NCBI GenBank assembly: GCA_028534125.1
Contig: CM052818.1
Location: 21,330,001 to 21,394,000, forward strand
DNA length: 64,000 bases
Direction of reading: 5' to 3'
Source of the DNA: Lama glama
Lineage: Eukaryota
Part shown: positions 37,301-48,818 of the stretch, in pieces
How positions within the stretch are numbered: position 1 is the stretch's first letter
How the letters are laid out: every line of letters begins with the position of its first letter
Notes under the pieces: generated by a model
What the model was told of the DNA's origin: nothing
Database searches by the model: none
Seen by the model: only the letters and a program-made list of their open reading frames with translations
Position numbers and translations under genes: made by a program

Positions 37301-39499
37301 TGTAATTCCCAGAGCTCTCTGGGCAGGGGCGTTATTGTGGAAAATGAATCCTGAAGTGTTAACAATCCGGCCAAAGCGGCTACACTTTTTTTTTTCCTTC
37401 CGAGGGCGTAACCGTTAGGAATGTGTCGCCTCACCATAGCCCGCTCGGCGAAAAGAGCACTTGTGTTTTTTAACACTGGTCTTTGAGAAGGATGCTCAAG
37501 TTAAAGCATTGTGGCCACTGTAAATAGATGCACTCAGCAGAATAGAGCTTCTTCATTCCTAATTAGGGAAGTAACTCTAGAAAGACAGAATGTCACTTGC
37601 TGGGCTGCGCGTATTGTTGAGTTTGTGCTCGCCTCCACAATGTGAGGTAATTGGAGTTGTACCTTTTAGAAAGCTGCTAATTTCACATAGGAAGTGTTAA
37701 CAAGACCTTTCTGGGCCATGTTTTCCTTCTTCCTTTTTAAGGAAGTTACAGACCTTCAGTAGTGGGAATGGCTGAGCTCTGGCCTGGCGGAGGAAACAGC
37801 AGTAATGAACCACTTCAGCCCGCAGTTAGAAAAAGGAGGCCTCATTTTGGAGTCCTGAGAATACTAAGCACAACAAAAGGTTCTGTTTAAGCTTGTTATC
37901 CAGGACATTCTTACAGGCTACACAGCTTTCCCTGCAATGACCCTCTCCAAACAAGTGCATCAAGTTTGAGCAAATAGAAACACGCAACTTTCAAGGCTCC
38001 GGGTTCTAGTTTTCTTTACAAAGCCATTTATATAATGTGAGCTGCAATTAGCATGGGACAGAGCGAGGAGATTTAGGCTGGAAGGTTCTTTTAACAAAAG
38101 ATAGAAATTAGCGGAATAAGTAACAGTTAAATATCGGCTTCAGATAACTAGTTGAAAAGACCTTTTAAATCATTTACTAATAAAAAAAATAAATAAATAA
38201 AATGATTTTGCCTCAGACCTTGTTCCAACCAAAGAGTGGTCTTTTACATCACTGAACTGATTAATTTCACTAATTTTAAATTATCCAGCAAGAATGGATT
38301 GGAGGGAAAAAAAAAAGTCCACACACCCCCAAATGAAAAGCACTACAGCTTTTAAGCCTGACAATTTCATCAAAATGTCCATAGGAAATACATAAAAAAT
38401 TCAAACCGTAATGAAATAAATTGCTACTTACATTATGAAAAGTCTGCAAAAGCTTTTTATAGACTTGAAATGCAGAAGTTATATAAACTGCACAGTAAAA
38501 AGAATTAGAAATTGACCTTTACAGATCAAGGGCTAAAATTAACAGTCTTCAGGGGGAAAAAAAATTCCCAGTTCACAATGGCTTTTAATGCCATTTTTTC
38601 CCCCTACACTCATTTATCTAATAACCATGGCAAGGTTAGGATAAACAATGAACAGTATGTTTTCACATTTTCCACCTTTTGTGTCCTCCATATGAATTTC
38701 TAAAACACTTAAGAGAATAGATACATAAACCTGTGACCTTCAAATGAGCTTTTTGATACTCTCAACATTTTGAATAAAAAGATCAGAAAATGGAACCACT
38801 TTTACACAGTAATGAATTCCATTCTGTTGGGTAAACAAAGCTAAATTTTAAAACAGAGACGTGACATTTGTATAGCTCAAGAAGCTATTCTGTTCTTTTG
38901 GGGGTGGGCAGAGCAGGGAGGGGACGCTGTCAGTACTTAACGGTGGGCCCAATAATGACCAAATCCACAATTCACATAAAAAGGAGACAAATCCATCTGG
39001 CTGTGTTCAACAGAATGCCACCGTTTTCAAGACAAGGACAACAAAAATGCCCAATTTTTATGACCATGTCCCCCCACCCCGTGAACAATTGATCCATCTC
39101 ACAGAAAAGGGGGGCTGATGGAGGAGGCCTAGGCCGCCATTATGGAGCTAACGCTTATTGACGGGAGCTGCAAGGGCCTCCAAAAGTTACTCCAATTTCC
39201 GTCGAGCTTTTGTGCATCCGTTGTCCTGTCTGAAAGGCTCAGTTAGGTATTGTTGCAAAAAAAGTCTGCATCCACATTTGTTCCCGTCTAATTCATACTC
39301 GGCATTGTGAAGTTTTGCTATTCAGGGGCTGATTGGACAACAGCCCTGACAATGGCCAAGCGATTAGTCTCTCAGCATGGGCTGGGGTGGTGGGTATAAA
39401 CCTAGGGATGGGGCTGGAATTCACTGGGGCATTCAGCTTCCTCTCAGGGCCTTCCTGAGAGGCCTTGCCTCCTTTGCTGCAGGTAATGCATTCCTTCAG

Positions 39500-41100
39500 A
39501 CCGGGGGAAACCGAATCCTCGTAATTAGCGTGTCCAGATCGGGGCAGACCGCCCCCTCCCTGCTAGTCGGCCCTCGGGGGCCCTGAAGCTTTCTAAGGAG
39601 CTCAGCCCCTGAAATGCTCCGGCCTCGTAGAATTGAAAACTTTCTTGGGCAGCTCGGCGGGCCTGAAAATCGCACGCCGGGGAGGAGAGCCGAGGGAGGG
39701 CCCCGATCGGCCGCACTTAACCCTTGGCACGCCGACCGGCGCGGCGCAGCCCGGGGTTTGGGCCGCCACGTCGGCGTTCAGCGCTGCACCCCCGTGGCTG
39801 CGCACACCTCTAAGTGTACAGATGTCAGTCTGGTGCTTTACATGTCAGTAACTTGAATTCATTTACATTTATTTTCCTATTGTTTTATATCATTTTATGA
39901 CAATGTGCTGCATAATATAATTTAAATCTTTTAATGTACAACTAATTCTCTACCATTAATTTGTCAACATGATTACTGGATATGCCATCCGGAGAAGAAC
40001 ACTGACTTGAAATATGTACAAGACATTCCTGGTCTTTTTTTTTTTTTTAATTTCACGAAGGTTTACATCGAAAGAGACAAAGATTTACGGAGGGTTTTTT
40101 CTTGGACTGTCTATAATCTAATGAAAACTACAATTTCACTGTGATTCCCACTTAAACGGAGGAATTCCAGATATCAGTGGGGACTAAGACGCACACACAC
40201 AGCCTCCTTTTTGGAGAAATAATTTAGGCAGCGCCGGGTTCCCGCAGCCGCGGTGGGAAATGAGCAGTGGTCCAGCCTTTCCGTAGAGAGGATTCCCAGG
40301 CCCCTCTGGGGTCGGACGCCCTGCCCCGGGTGCTCCAGGAGGGGGGAGAGAAAGAAAGCGGGCTCGGGGTCCGGGCCGCGTTCCCAGGGCATCTGTGGGC
40401 ACCGACGGCGTTGGGGAACGTACAAGAGGAAAGAGCGGTGCCTGTGGGCTTTACGTTTCTGGGCTGCACTGACTTCGGGACCCCCCAGACTTCCCTCAAA
40501 CCCCAGCCTCCTTCTTTCGCTGCTATCAGAGCCCAGCTTGAAAAAAAAAAAAAAAAACTGGTCCTTCCCTCCACACCCCGGGAGGACGGGTGCCCTGCAG
40601 CCACCAACCAAGTGATAACACCCAAACGTCTACACCATTAAAATTAAAAAAGCAGCAGCACCCCAAACCTTATTAAACATTCAAATAGAAAAATTAAGAT
40701 ATTCTGGGCAAAAGAAGTGTTTAGACAAAGGCTGTCTGCTTCAATTTCCCCGTTGAGCGGGGAGCAGGCTGCTCGGAGAGAGTGGCGGTGGATTCCATAA
40801 ATTAACAGAAAATCCCTCTTCTCCGGAGCCCAAGTTATCTCTCCGTTGCCTGCAGCTCTGATTTAGAATGGGAGCCGGCTTGTTTACCGGTTTAATTAAT
40901 GCTCCTTTTCAAAGCAGGGAGGAGGGAAAGGGAAATGAAGTGACTTGGTGATAAACAGGTGTAACCCGGCCTGCAGCGAGCTCACGGGGGCCGGTGGCAG
41001 CCTCATCAGGCTTGACTGGGCATGACCCCGCCGGCGAAAAAGGTAGATGGCCCAGTTGGAAGCGCAGTAGGTGAGCATTATTTTAACTGCGAGCCTGTGA
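39500..41100. promoter_or_regulatory. CpG island / CpG-rich regulatory region in three sub-blocks (about 39510-39810, 40180-40600 and 40740-41100)
   Basis: Dense unmutated CpGs (e.g. cgccgaccggcgcggcgcagcccgg; gcgggctcggggtccgggccgcg) against CpG-depleted flanks. Confidence 0.8.
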
Positions 41101-41869
41101 TTGGAATGGCTTAAAGGGACAATCAGCACTTGGGTTTTTCTTCTTCCTCCAGAATGCTTTTTGATTCTTTCCTGTTGCTGAGCGGAGGAGAAGCAGACCT
41201 TGACAATATAGGTCACAAGTCCTCCCCCCCTCTTCCTCCTCTTCCTCAGCCTTTACCTCAAAATCTAAGGGAAGAGCCACTTAAGGAGGAAACCTGGCTC
41301 CTGCAGCTCGCTGGGGATCGGCTTTCTGCTCTGAAAAAATCCCTGGGCGTTCTTTCTTTCTTTACTTATTTCATCTTTTAATTCCAAGAGCCTAATATCT
41401 AGGCTTGGACTGTCCATGGCCTACGTGTTTCTGTGACCTTACAGATAACAGGGAAGCTTGGATGGAAAATGAAATTCAAGCGCCAGCTAATTTTAAAAAC
41501 ATAACTAAAAACTCATTCCCGAGGGGGGAAATGGCAGTTTCTGTAAGCACAGGCTGAACATGTTTTTAAATTAATAACTAGTCTTGGTATTTACTAAATG
41601 ATGGCTGTATCAGGGAGAAAAATTTAGTCATTAAAAACAGCAGGTGCCCAAGGTGAGAATATATGTTTCATGACTTAAAGTCACCTGTCTGCTTTGCCTG
41701 ATGCCTTTCTCCGAGCCAGCATCGTGGAGAAACAGAAGTGAAACCAGAAGCTGGGTCTGTCAGCCATGCTGGCCTTTTGGAGAAAAGAGCCTTTTCTCTT
41801 TCTTTCTTTCTTTTTTTAAGCTACTACATTTATCAAGTGTCTCGTTGATGCTGCCGCGTGTTATTGGCA

Positions 41870-42020
41870 ATTCTGACCGCTTCCTTATAGGTGGTTATTC
41901 TCATCCCCATTCTGGAGAGAGGTTTAAAGAATTTTAAGTGATTTCCCCAAGTTCATGCAGCTAGTCACGTGGCAGAGTGGAGACAAGACCCGGGGTCTCT
42001 CTCATTCCAGAGCTCTCTCC
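41870..42020 (-). mobile_element. MIR SINE fragment
   Basis: tattctcatccccattctggagagagg...aagtgatttccccaagttcatgcagctagt...ggcagagtggagac. Confidence 0.75.
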
Positions 42021-42699
42021 TTTTTCACCCTCTGGGAGGTAGCAGGGACCCTACGTCCCCACCATCACGTGGAGATGGGGTCATGTCCTTGCTGACAGGA
42101 GAGGAGATCTTTCTCTCGGCTGGAGAATTCCACACCAGGTTCAGGTTCAGGTATGTGGGGGACCCAACACATGTAAAAGCACCAAGTACTTTGCAGAATA
42201 TAGAGAGAGCTCTTTCTGGAAACATTTCAGACTGGGAACGAGGAGCTTTCAGTTTCATTGCTGCTTCCACTACCCATTATTGTTTCACCTCGAGCAAGTC
42301 GCCTACTGAGGCTGAGCGAAGTTTCCTCGTCTCTGACAGGGCACACTACCCACCTATCTTGCCCACCGCACAGTGCGGGGTGGGGCCAAAATGAGCTGAT
42401 GTGGGCTCAAACGCACTGACCACTGTGAAGAGCTGTTCAAATGTACAGTTTTATGACTGATTTCCCAGAGTTATGTGGTCCTAATTAAGACTGTATGTCC
42501 ATGTGCTTTGAAAGGAGTGAATTACTATATATACAGGTGCGGGGATTTTTCTTCTTATTAAAGAGTCCTTACTTCCTAATTTCTAAACATGAAAATATTG
42601 GCTATATTAACAATGGTGCTACAAGTTCTAATGCATCCTAAATTCTAAATCATAGAATTCTGATGGATGAGACCATTTGTTATGAATAATAATAAAAAT

Positions 42700-43130
42700 T
42701 GTATTAATGATGGCTAATGTCATTTACTATGCATTGAGTGCTCTAAGCATTTGATATGTGCCAATTAGTCCTCACTATAACTCCATGAGATAGGTACTGT
42801 TAGTTTCGTACCCATTTTGCAAATGAGAAAACTGAGACACAAGGCAGTTTGGTCACAGAATTAACAAAGAGCAGAACTATCGTTTGACCTGGTACTGGAG
42901 TCCACACACTTAATCAGTGTTATGTATTTATAAACATACATGTATATTTATATATTTCTCAGGAAAGAGTGCCTGTATTATTCCTACCTCACCAACGCGC
43001 ATTTTAAAGATGAAAGTGAAGCTCAGAGAGGTTAAATGATTTGCCCATCATTACACATTTGTTTCAAGGCAGAGCTGGAAATAGAACTTGGATCTCTTTA
43101 TGTCCAGTGGTGGTTCTGTTTATAACATTA
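42700..43130 (-). mobile_element. Two adjacent MIR fragments
   Basis: cccattttgcaaatgagaaaactgagacaca (42811) and cattttaaagatgaaagtgaagctcagagaggttaaatgatttgccca (43000). Confidence 0.8.
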
Positions 43131-43390
43131 TTGCTACTCCCTTCACCCAGGCTTCAGCTCTCTCTAGAGAGACAGATTGCCTGCTTTAAATATTGGCTCT
43201 ACCCCCCCTTGCAAGTTCCATAACCTCTCTAAGTCTAAGATAATAGTGCTCAACTTATTGTTTGGCAGATTAAATGAAATAAAGCACAAAAGTATTTGGC
43301 ACAGTTCCTAGAACATAATAAATGCTTGATAAACCCTCCTCAAATTTAAAATGCAGAGTCCAGGAAAAGAAGCGAGAACAATGAGGGGTC

Positions 43391-43968
43391 TGTTTACAAC
43401 AGCCAAGATGTGGAAGCAACCCACACGTCCATCGGCAGATGATTGGATAAAGAAGATGTGGTTTATACATGCAATGGAATACTATTCAGTCACAAAAAAG
43501 AATAAAATAATGCCATTTGCAGCAACATGGATGGACCTAGAGATTGTCATACTAAGTGAAATAAGGCAGAAAGAAAAAGAAGAATACCATATGATATTAC
43601 TTACATGTGGAATCTAAAAATAATCGACACAAGTCAACTTACAAAATAGAAACAGATTAAGACATAGTTGAGACAAACCAGAGAAACATGGTTACTGGGA
43701 AGGGGAAGAAGGGGAGGGATAAATTGGGAGTTCGAGATTTGCAGATGCTAGCTACTATACACAGAATAGATAAACAAGGTCCTACTGTATAGCACAGGGA
43801 ACTATATTCAATATTTTATAATAACCTATAATAAAAGAGAGTATGAAAAGGAATATATATATATATATATATATATGTATAACAGAATCACTATGCTGTA
43901 CCCCAGAAATAGTTTACAATACAACATTGTAAACCGACGATAATTCAATTAAAAAAAGAAAAGAAAAG
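43391..43968 (+). mobile_element. 5'-truncated artiodactyl/camelid L1 (ORF2 C-terminus plus 3'UTR)
   Basis: ORF 43351-43617 encodes AKMWKQP...WIKKMW...MEYYS...MPFAATWMDLEIVILSE, the L1 ORF2p C-terminus. 3'UTR has gtatagcacagggaactatattcaa and an A-rich tail. Confidence 0.93.
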
Positions 43969-45314
43969 AACTGTAGGGGGTTCTGACATGGGTGTGGCTG
44001 TCCCTGAGCAGTGAGTTGGCCCAGGCTAAGTTGAGGGAAGAGACAAGCATGGCTGGGAACAGGGGCAGAGCCCTCCAGTTGGGGAAGATCTTCAGGAGTG
44101 AGTCCTGAAGAGCCGGGACATTGAAATCACCAGGCAGCCTGAGGGACAGAGGGGAGGTACTGACTGAGAAGACAGAGGAACGGGACATGGGGGCTGGAGG
44201 AAAGCAGGTTGGGAAGGTCAGAGAAAGAAAAGTGGCCACCTCCGCTTTCAGCCCATTGTGGCTGGGTCCTTGTCACAGTGTATTCCCTAGAGACCTCAGC
44301 AAGGGTTGTTTCAGCCCCACAGGGAGAAGAAAGGCTTGGGGGCTGGGGTAACAAGAGGGATGCTGTGGAGGAACCACGAAATGCCTGGCTGACAGGAAGC
44401 CATCCAGGAAGAGAGGCGCCTGGAGAGGTGTGTGCTGTGGGGTCAGGGGAGGAAACCTAGTTGAAGAAGGAGAGTCCAGCATCTGAGGGAAGGGAGAGTG
44501 GCTGATGGGAGTCAGGTGGCTTGGTCCCCGGTCCTGACTCTTTGGCCACTCTTGATCCCCGGGGACACTGCCACGTGGGAGACAGTGGAAGGCTTAGGGG
44601 ATGCTCAGGCCTCTGGCTTGGGGGCCTCCAGCAGAGGTCATGGGGAAGATGCTCTGACCTGCCCCCCCCCCGACCTGGGCTCCCTGCTGTGCTGGCTCTT
44701 TCCCCAGAGGGAAGGCCAAGAGCTGCAGTAATCTAAATCATCAGGGGCCCTGTCCTGTGGTTCGGTCTTCAGGGATGGGCCAGAAAGCTCTTGGATGTTA
44801 TTGGGGAAACGGTGGTTTCCCACCTGCGGTTTCTACCTCCTTAGTTTAGGGAAGTTTCCAGCTAAGGGGTCTTGAGATTTAGGGAGAAATATCCCATCTA
44901 AGTTTGGAAAAACATCTGAGGAGCTGAAGCAGGGAAAATGTCTGTTCTCTTATCCCCACTGCCCCATGAAGGTGTGACAAATAGCAGATATTCACCAGCT
45001 ATACACTGAATAAATGAACAAAGGGGGCACTTTTATTGAGTGCTCAAAAGGTAACATGTCTGGCCAGCCACAAGGATGGTGGCTTTACCTGTGCCACCTA
45101 AACTCAGGAGAGGGGGAAAGATCTCTCTCAAAGTTAAAGGCCTCTGTGGACCTTTGTCTTTTTCTAGTTCCACATCAGCAAAATTTCCCAGCTGCCCAAC
45201 CGGGATAGGGCAGGGATCAAAAGAGTTATTTGGTGTAAATAGATACCAGACATGTTAAATAAGTCTAAGGTACTGTCACCTTGTCTATAGAGAGAGCAAG
45301 ACCTATTAAGTGAA

Positions 45315-45710
45315 GAATTTTATTATTGAACATTTCAAGAGTATACCAAAGTATGTTGAACTCCCATGGGGCTGTCATCCAGATTCAACTATTATCAATT
45401 TACAGCCAATATTGTCTCACCCTTCCCCAATCCCCTCCCCCCCCACCATATTGGATTATACAGAGGCAAATCTCACGTATCACATCGTTACAGCTCTAAA
45501 TCTTTCAGAATATATTTCTAAAAGATAAGTAGCTCTTTTTGAAACATAACCATAATTCCATTATCACATGAAAAAACTGATAGTAGGTTTTTAATATCAT
45601 CAAATACTGAGCCAATGTTTAAGTCTCCTCATTTGTCTAATAAGTGGCCTTTTACAGATGGTTCTGCAAATCAGGATCCAAACAAGGTCAACACCTTGCA
45701 TTTAGTTATC
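45315..45710 (-). mobile_element. L1MC4/5-like 3' end
   Basis: ttattgaacatttcaa...aaacataaccataattccattatcaca...aatcaggatccaaacaaggtcaacaccttgcatttagtt. Confidence 0.75.
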
Positions 45711-46005
45711 AGGGGAAGAATCTTTCCTGACCTCTTGACCTTGACCTCTCAGCCTGCCAAGACCTGGAGATTTCTGTCCAAGGTTTGCCTAGACAACCAG
45801 AGCAGTGGTTCCCAATTGTCTTCTGACCATTGATTCATCTCTTTCAAAGGGTTCTTGGACATTTAACAATGAGTGGAGTAGCCCATCTAAAGTTTGGGAA
45901 CCCACAAAAAAAGAATGCTTCTTGGGGCACTTTTGGAAGTGCTGGGAGGCAGACTCCTACTCCTTCGCTATGGTACAGTTTAAAACAGACTTTAAAAGAA
46001 GGCAC

Positions 46006-46170
46006 CCCTGGGGACCTACTGTATAGTGAACTATATTCAATATCACAATAACCTATGATGGAAAGGAATCTGAAAAAGAATACGTATGTATATATATATA
46101 AAACTGCATCACTTTGCTGTACACCTGAAACTAACACAACACTGTAAATCAACTGTACATTAAAAAAAAA
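46006..46170 (+). mobile_element. Short artiodactyl-type L1 3' end
   Basis: ggacctactgtatag...ctatattcaatatcacaataacctatgatggaaaggaatctgaaaaag...polyA. 12-bp TSD aaaagMaggcac (45994-46005 / 46171-46182). Confidence 0.9.
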
Positions 46171-46699
46171 AAAAGCAGGCACTGGAATTCCTGTCTCTTC
46201 CTTTTCCAAATTCCACTCCTCCCCGCTTAAGGCTCACCTCTGTCACTATCCTACCCAGCCTTAGTCTTTTCCCTTAGCCAAGCTCCTGTAGCATTTAGAA
46301 TGTACCATGTTTTAGTTTTTGTTTTAATCTTTTGGCTTCTATTAATGGAAGCCAACCTCCCCTGAAGGGTTAACTGTTTTGCACACAACATATATCTTGC
46401 CTCTTCGACCAAATTCCAAGTTCCTAAAGCTCAGGGACCCACAGCATCTGACCATACTTGGTCCAAGTACTGAAGACCTGAAGGTGTCTGACAGTTTTAA
46501 AATGTCAGTATCTACAATATCTACAGTATTTACAACATGAATATCTCAAACCAATATTCTTTAAATACTCACTTAAAATTTCTTCATTGGGGTAGAACAG
46601 CATTGATTTGCTATCAATAAAATTACATGCCTCTTCCTACATACTCAAAATAAGAGATTGATTTACTGAATGCACTGAACACATTTGAAACATTTTTTA

Positions 46700-48620
46700 T
46701 TCTTATCAAAATAATGCACACATATAGTTACAAATCAAATATTACACATGTGCTCATGATAAAAATACTACAGCTTCTCCCACTGGACAGTCCACAGCTC
46801 AGAGGCAACCTCTTTGATCTGTTTGACTTTTAGTTCTCCTGATGGATCTAGTAATGCCAGATTGAGAGGAAAAAAAGTACCCCCCATCAAATCTGAATTT
46901 CAGATTTAAAAAAATGAATAAATGGCCCCCAATATTGCATAATATTGTATTTTATCTGGCAACCCTAGGAGGAGTCCCTCATACAATATATAATGTTACA
47001 TACATCATACCTGTAATGTATTTATATCTCTATTTCTTCATTTACCAATTTATTAGACGATGTCTGTGGAATTCTGAGTGTGAAACAATTTCAATGTTCA
47101 ACATTTATATTCTATTCCATTTTTCTACTGTTTGTCTTTGTAACTTAAACAAAATGCTTAAACCTGTATGTATTGATCCATCATCTTTCAACAGTGCTTC
47201 TTGACTGTCTACTTTATAAGTTAAGATATTGTTACTGATTTCCTATCCTTTCCTCTACTTTTTCTTTCTTTTTCCAAGCCTGCCTTCCGCCACCATACTC
47301 GTACCTTCACATTAATAAGGCTGTTAAGACTTATATTCTGTCCTGCTACACAACCTAGTCTTCCAGGTTTTGTGTAAAAGTTGACTCTTAAAATGGGAAA
47401 CTTATCATATTTACTTTATTGCCATTATTATGTGATTTTTATGTAAATATAGTAATAGCGTTAGGTTACACTTCCTGCTTTTCGAGTCAGCGTCATGACA
47501 CTTGAGACTCTCCAAGGAGTGTGTGCTCAGAAACAAGTCAAATGCAGTCTCATTCCTTACACTTTATCATTTGCTTAATATCATGTCACTTTTAGTTTGC
47601 TTCATATTCAGATCTTGACTTTTTTTTAACCAGCTTCCCCCCAGTTTCCAGTTGCCTTTCTTTTTCCTTGCTACGATTATTTGCTACGGTCATATTTTTA
47701 TTTCAAATCTATCTGTTATATTATCAGTTCTATTGAGAACTGCCTTTGCCCCCTTCCTCAGAGTCCTCTGGGATCCTGCTCCAGGGTGGGCTGGTTGCCG
47801 TCCAGGCTGCTGTGCACCTGACATCTGAAACTTCTCTGCTGCTCTCGTAGGTTACACTCCAGCTTTTCTTCTTTCTTCCATCTTATGCCCTAGTGTTAGT
47901 GAAGTCTAGCCTCAAGTAACTTCCTAAGAAGGGGCATGTTGGAGACAAACTTTATGTGTCCTTGTTTTTCTGAAAACCCTTATGTTATCCTCCCCCTGAC
48001 TGAGAGTTTGCATGTAGGAGCCTAAACTGAAAATAATTTCCTCTCAGAATTTTGAAGAATGTGACTCCATGATTGTCCAGCATCCAGTGTTGCTGAGAAG
48101 AAGTCTGATGCCATTCTTACTGCTGTTCATTTATTGGTGACCTGATCTTTCTCTCCGACGCCGTTTACAATCTACTCTTTATACGCTGTGGTTTGAAATG
48201 TGGCCAGGACGCGTCTAGTTGCTGGTCTTTTTCAGTCATTGTGCTGGACGCTCGGTGGCCACCCCAACGTCAGGACTCGTCTTCCTTCGGCCCTGGGAAA
48301 CTTCCTTCGGTACCTTCTTGGCTACTTCTCTCTAAATTCTGCTTTTTTTCTAGAATTCCTACTAGTCAGATATTGGATTATTCTCCTCAATTTTTTACCT
48401 TTCTCTCTCGTTTTTTCTTTTTCTGTCTTTCTGCTCAATGCTTTGCTGGTTTCTTTTTTCAGTCCTTGCACTGAACATTTTATTTTACCAAGTGTATTTT
48501 TCATTTCTAAGAGCTCGTTCTTATTCTCAAAAATCCCATTTTTAGAATGTATTATCTTCCCAACCCTGTCTGAGAATTCTAAAAAAAAATTAAAGTCATC
48601 TTCAGTTTCCTGAATCCTGT
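46700..48620 (-). mobile_element. Old HAL1/L1M element (ORF1 remnant plus 3' region)
   Basis: aaaataatttcctctcagaattttgaag...ccagtgttgctgagaagaagtctgatgccattct is an antisense ORF1 motif. Minus ORF 48322-48972 includes KNELLEMKNTLGKIKCSVQGLK, resembling the L1 ORF1p coiled coil. Confidence 0.65.
46850..46968. mobile_element. MER53-like remnant (copy 3)
   Basis: tgccagatt...aaatctgaatttcagat...gtattttatctggcaaccctag. Confidence 0.7.
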
Positions 48621-48770
48621 TTCCCCAGGAGTGAGACTGTTCTGCTGTATTTTCATATATTTCCTTCATGTGGGTAGTTCCCCTCACCCCCCACATCTGC
48701 CTCCTTGGGCAGTTGTGCACCCACCTTGCCTGAATGGGCTTCCCTGAGCCTGAGACGTTCTGGGTGACCT

Positions 48771-48818
48771 GGCTCCCATCTCTTCTGCTGCCCCGGCTCC
48801 CATCTCTTCTGCTGCCCC
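48771..48818. repeat. Exact 24-bp tandem duplication
   Basis: ggctcccatctcttctgctgcccc occurs twice in tandem. Confidence 0.95.
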
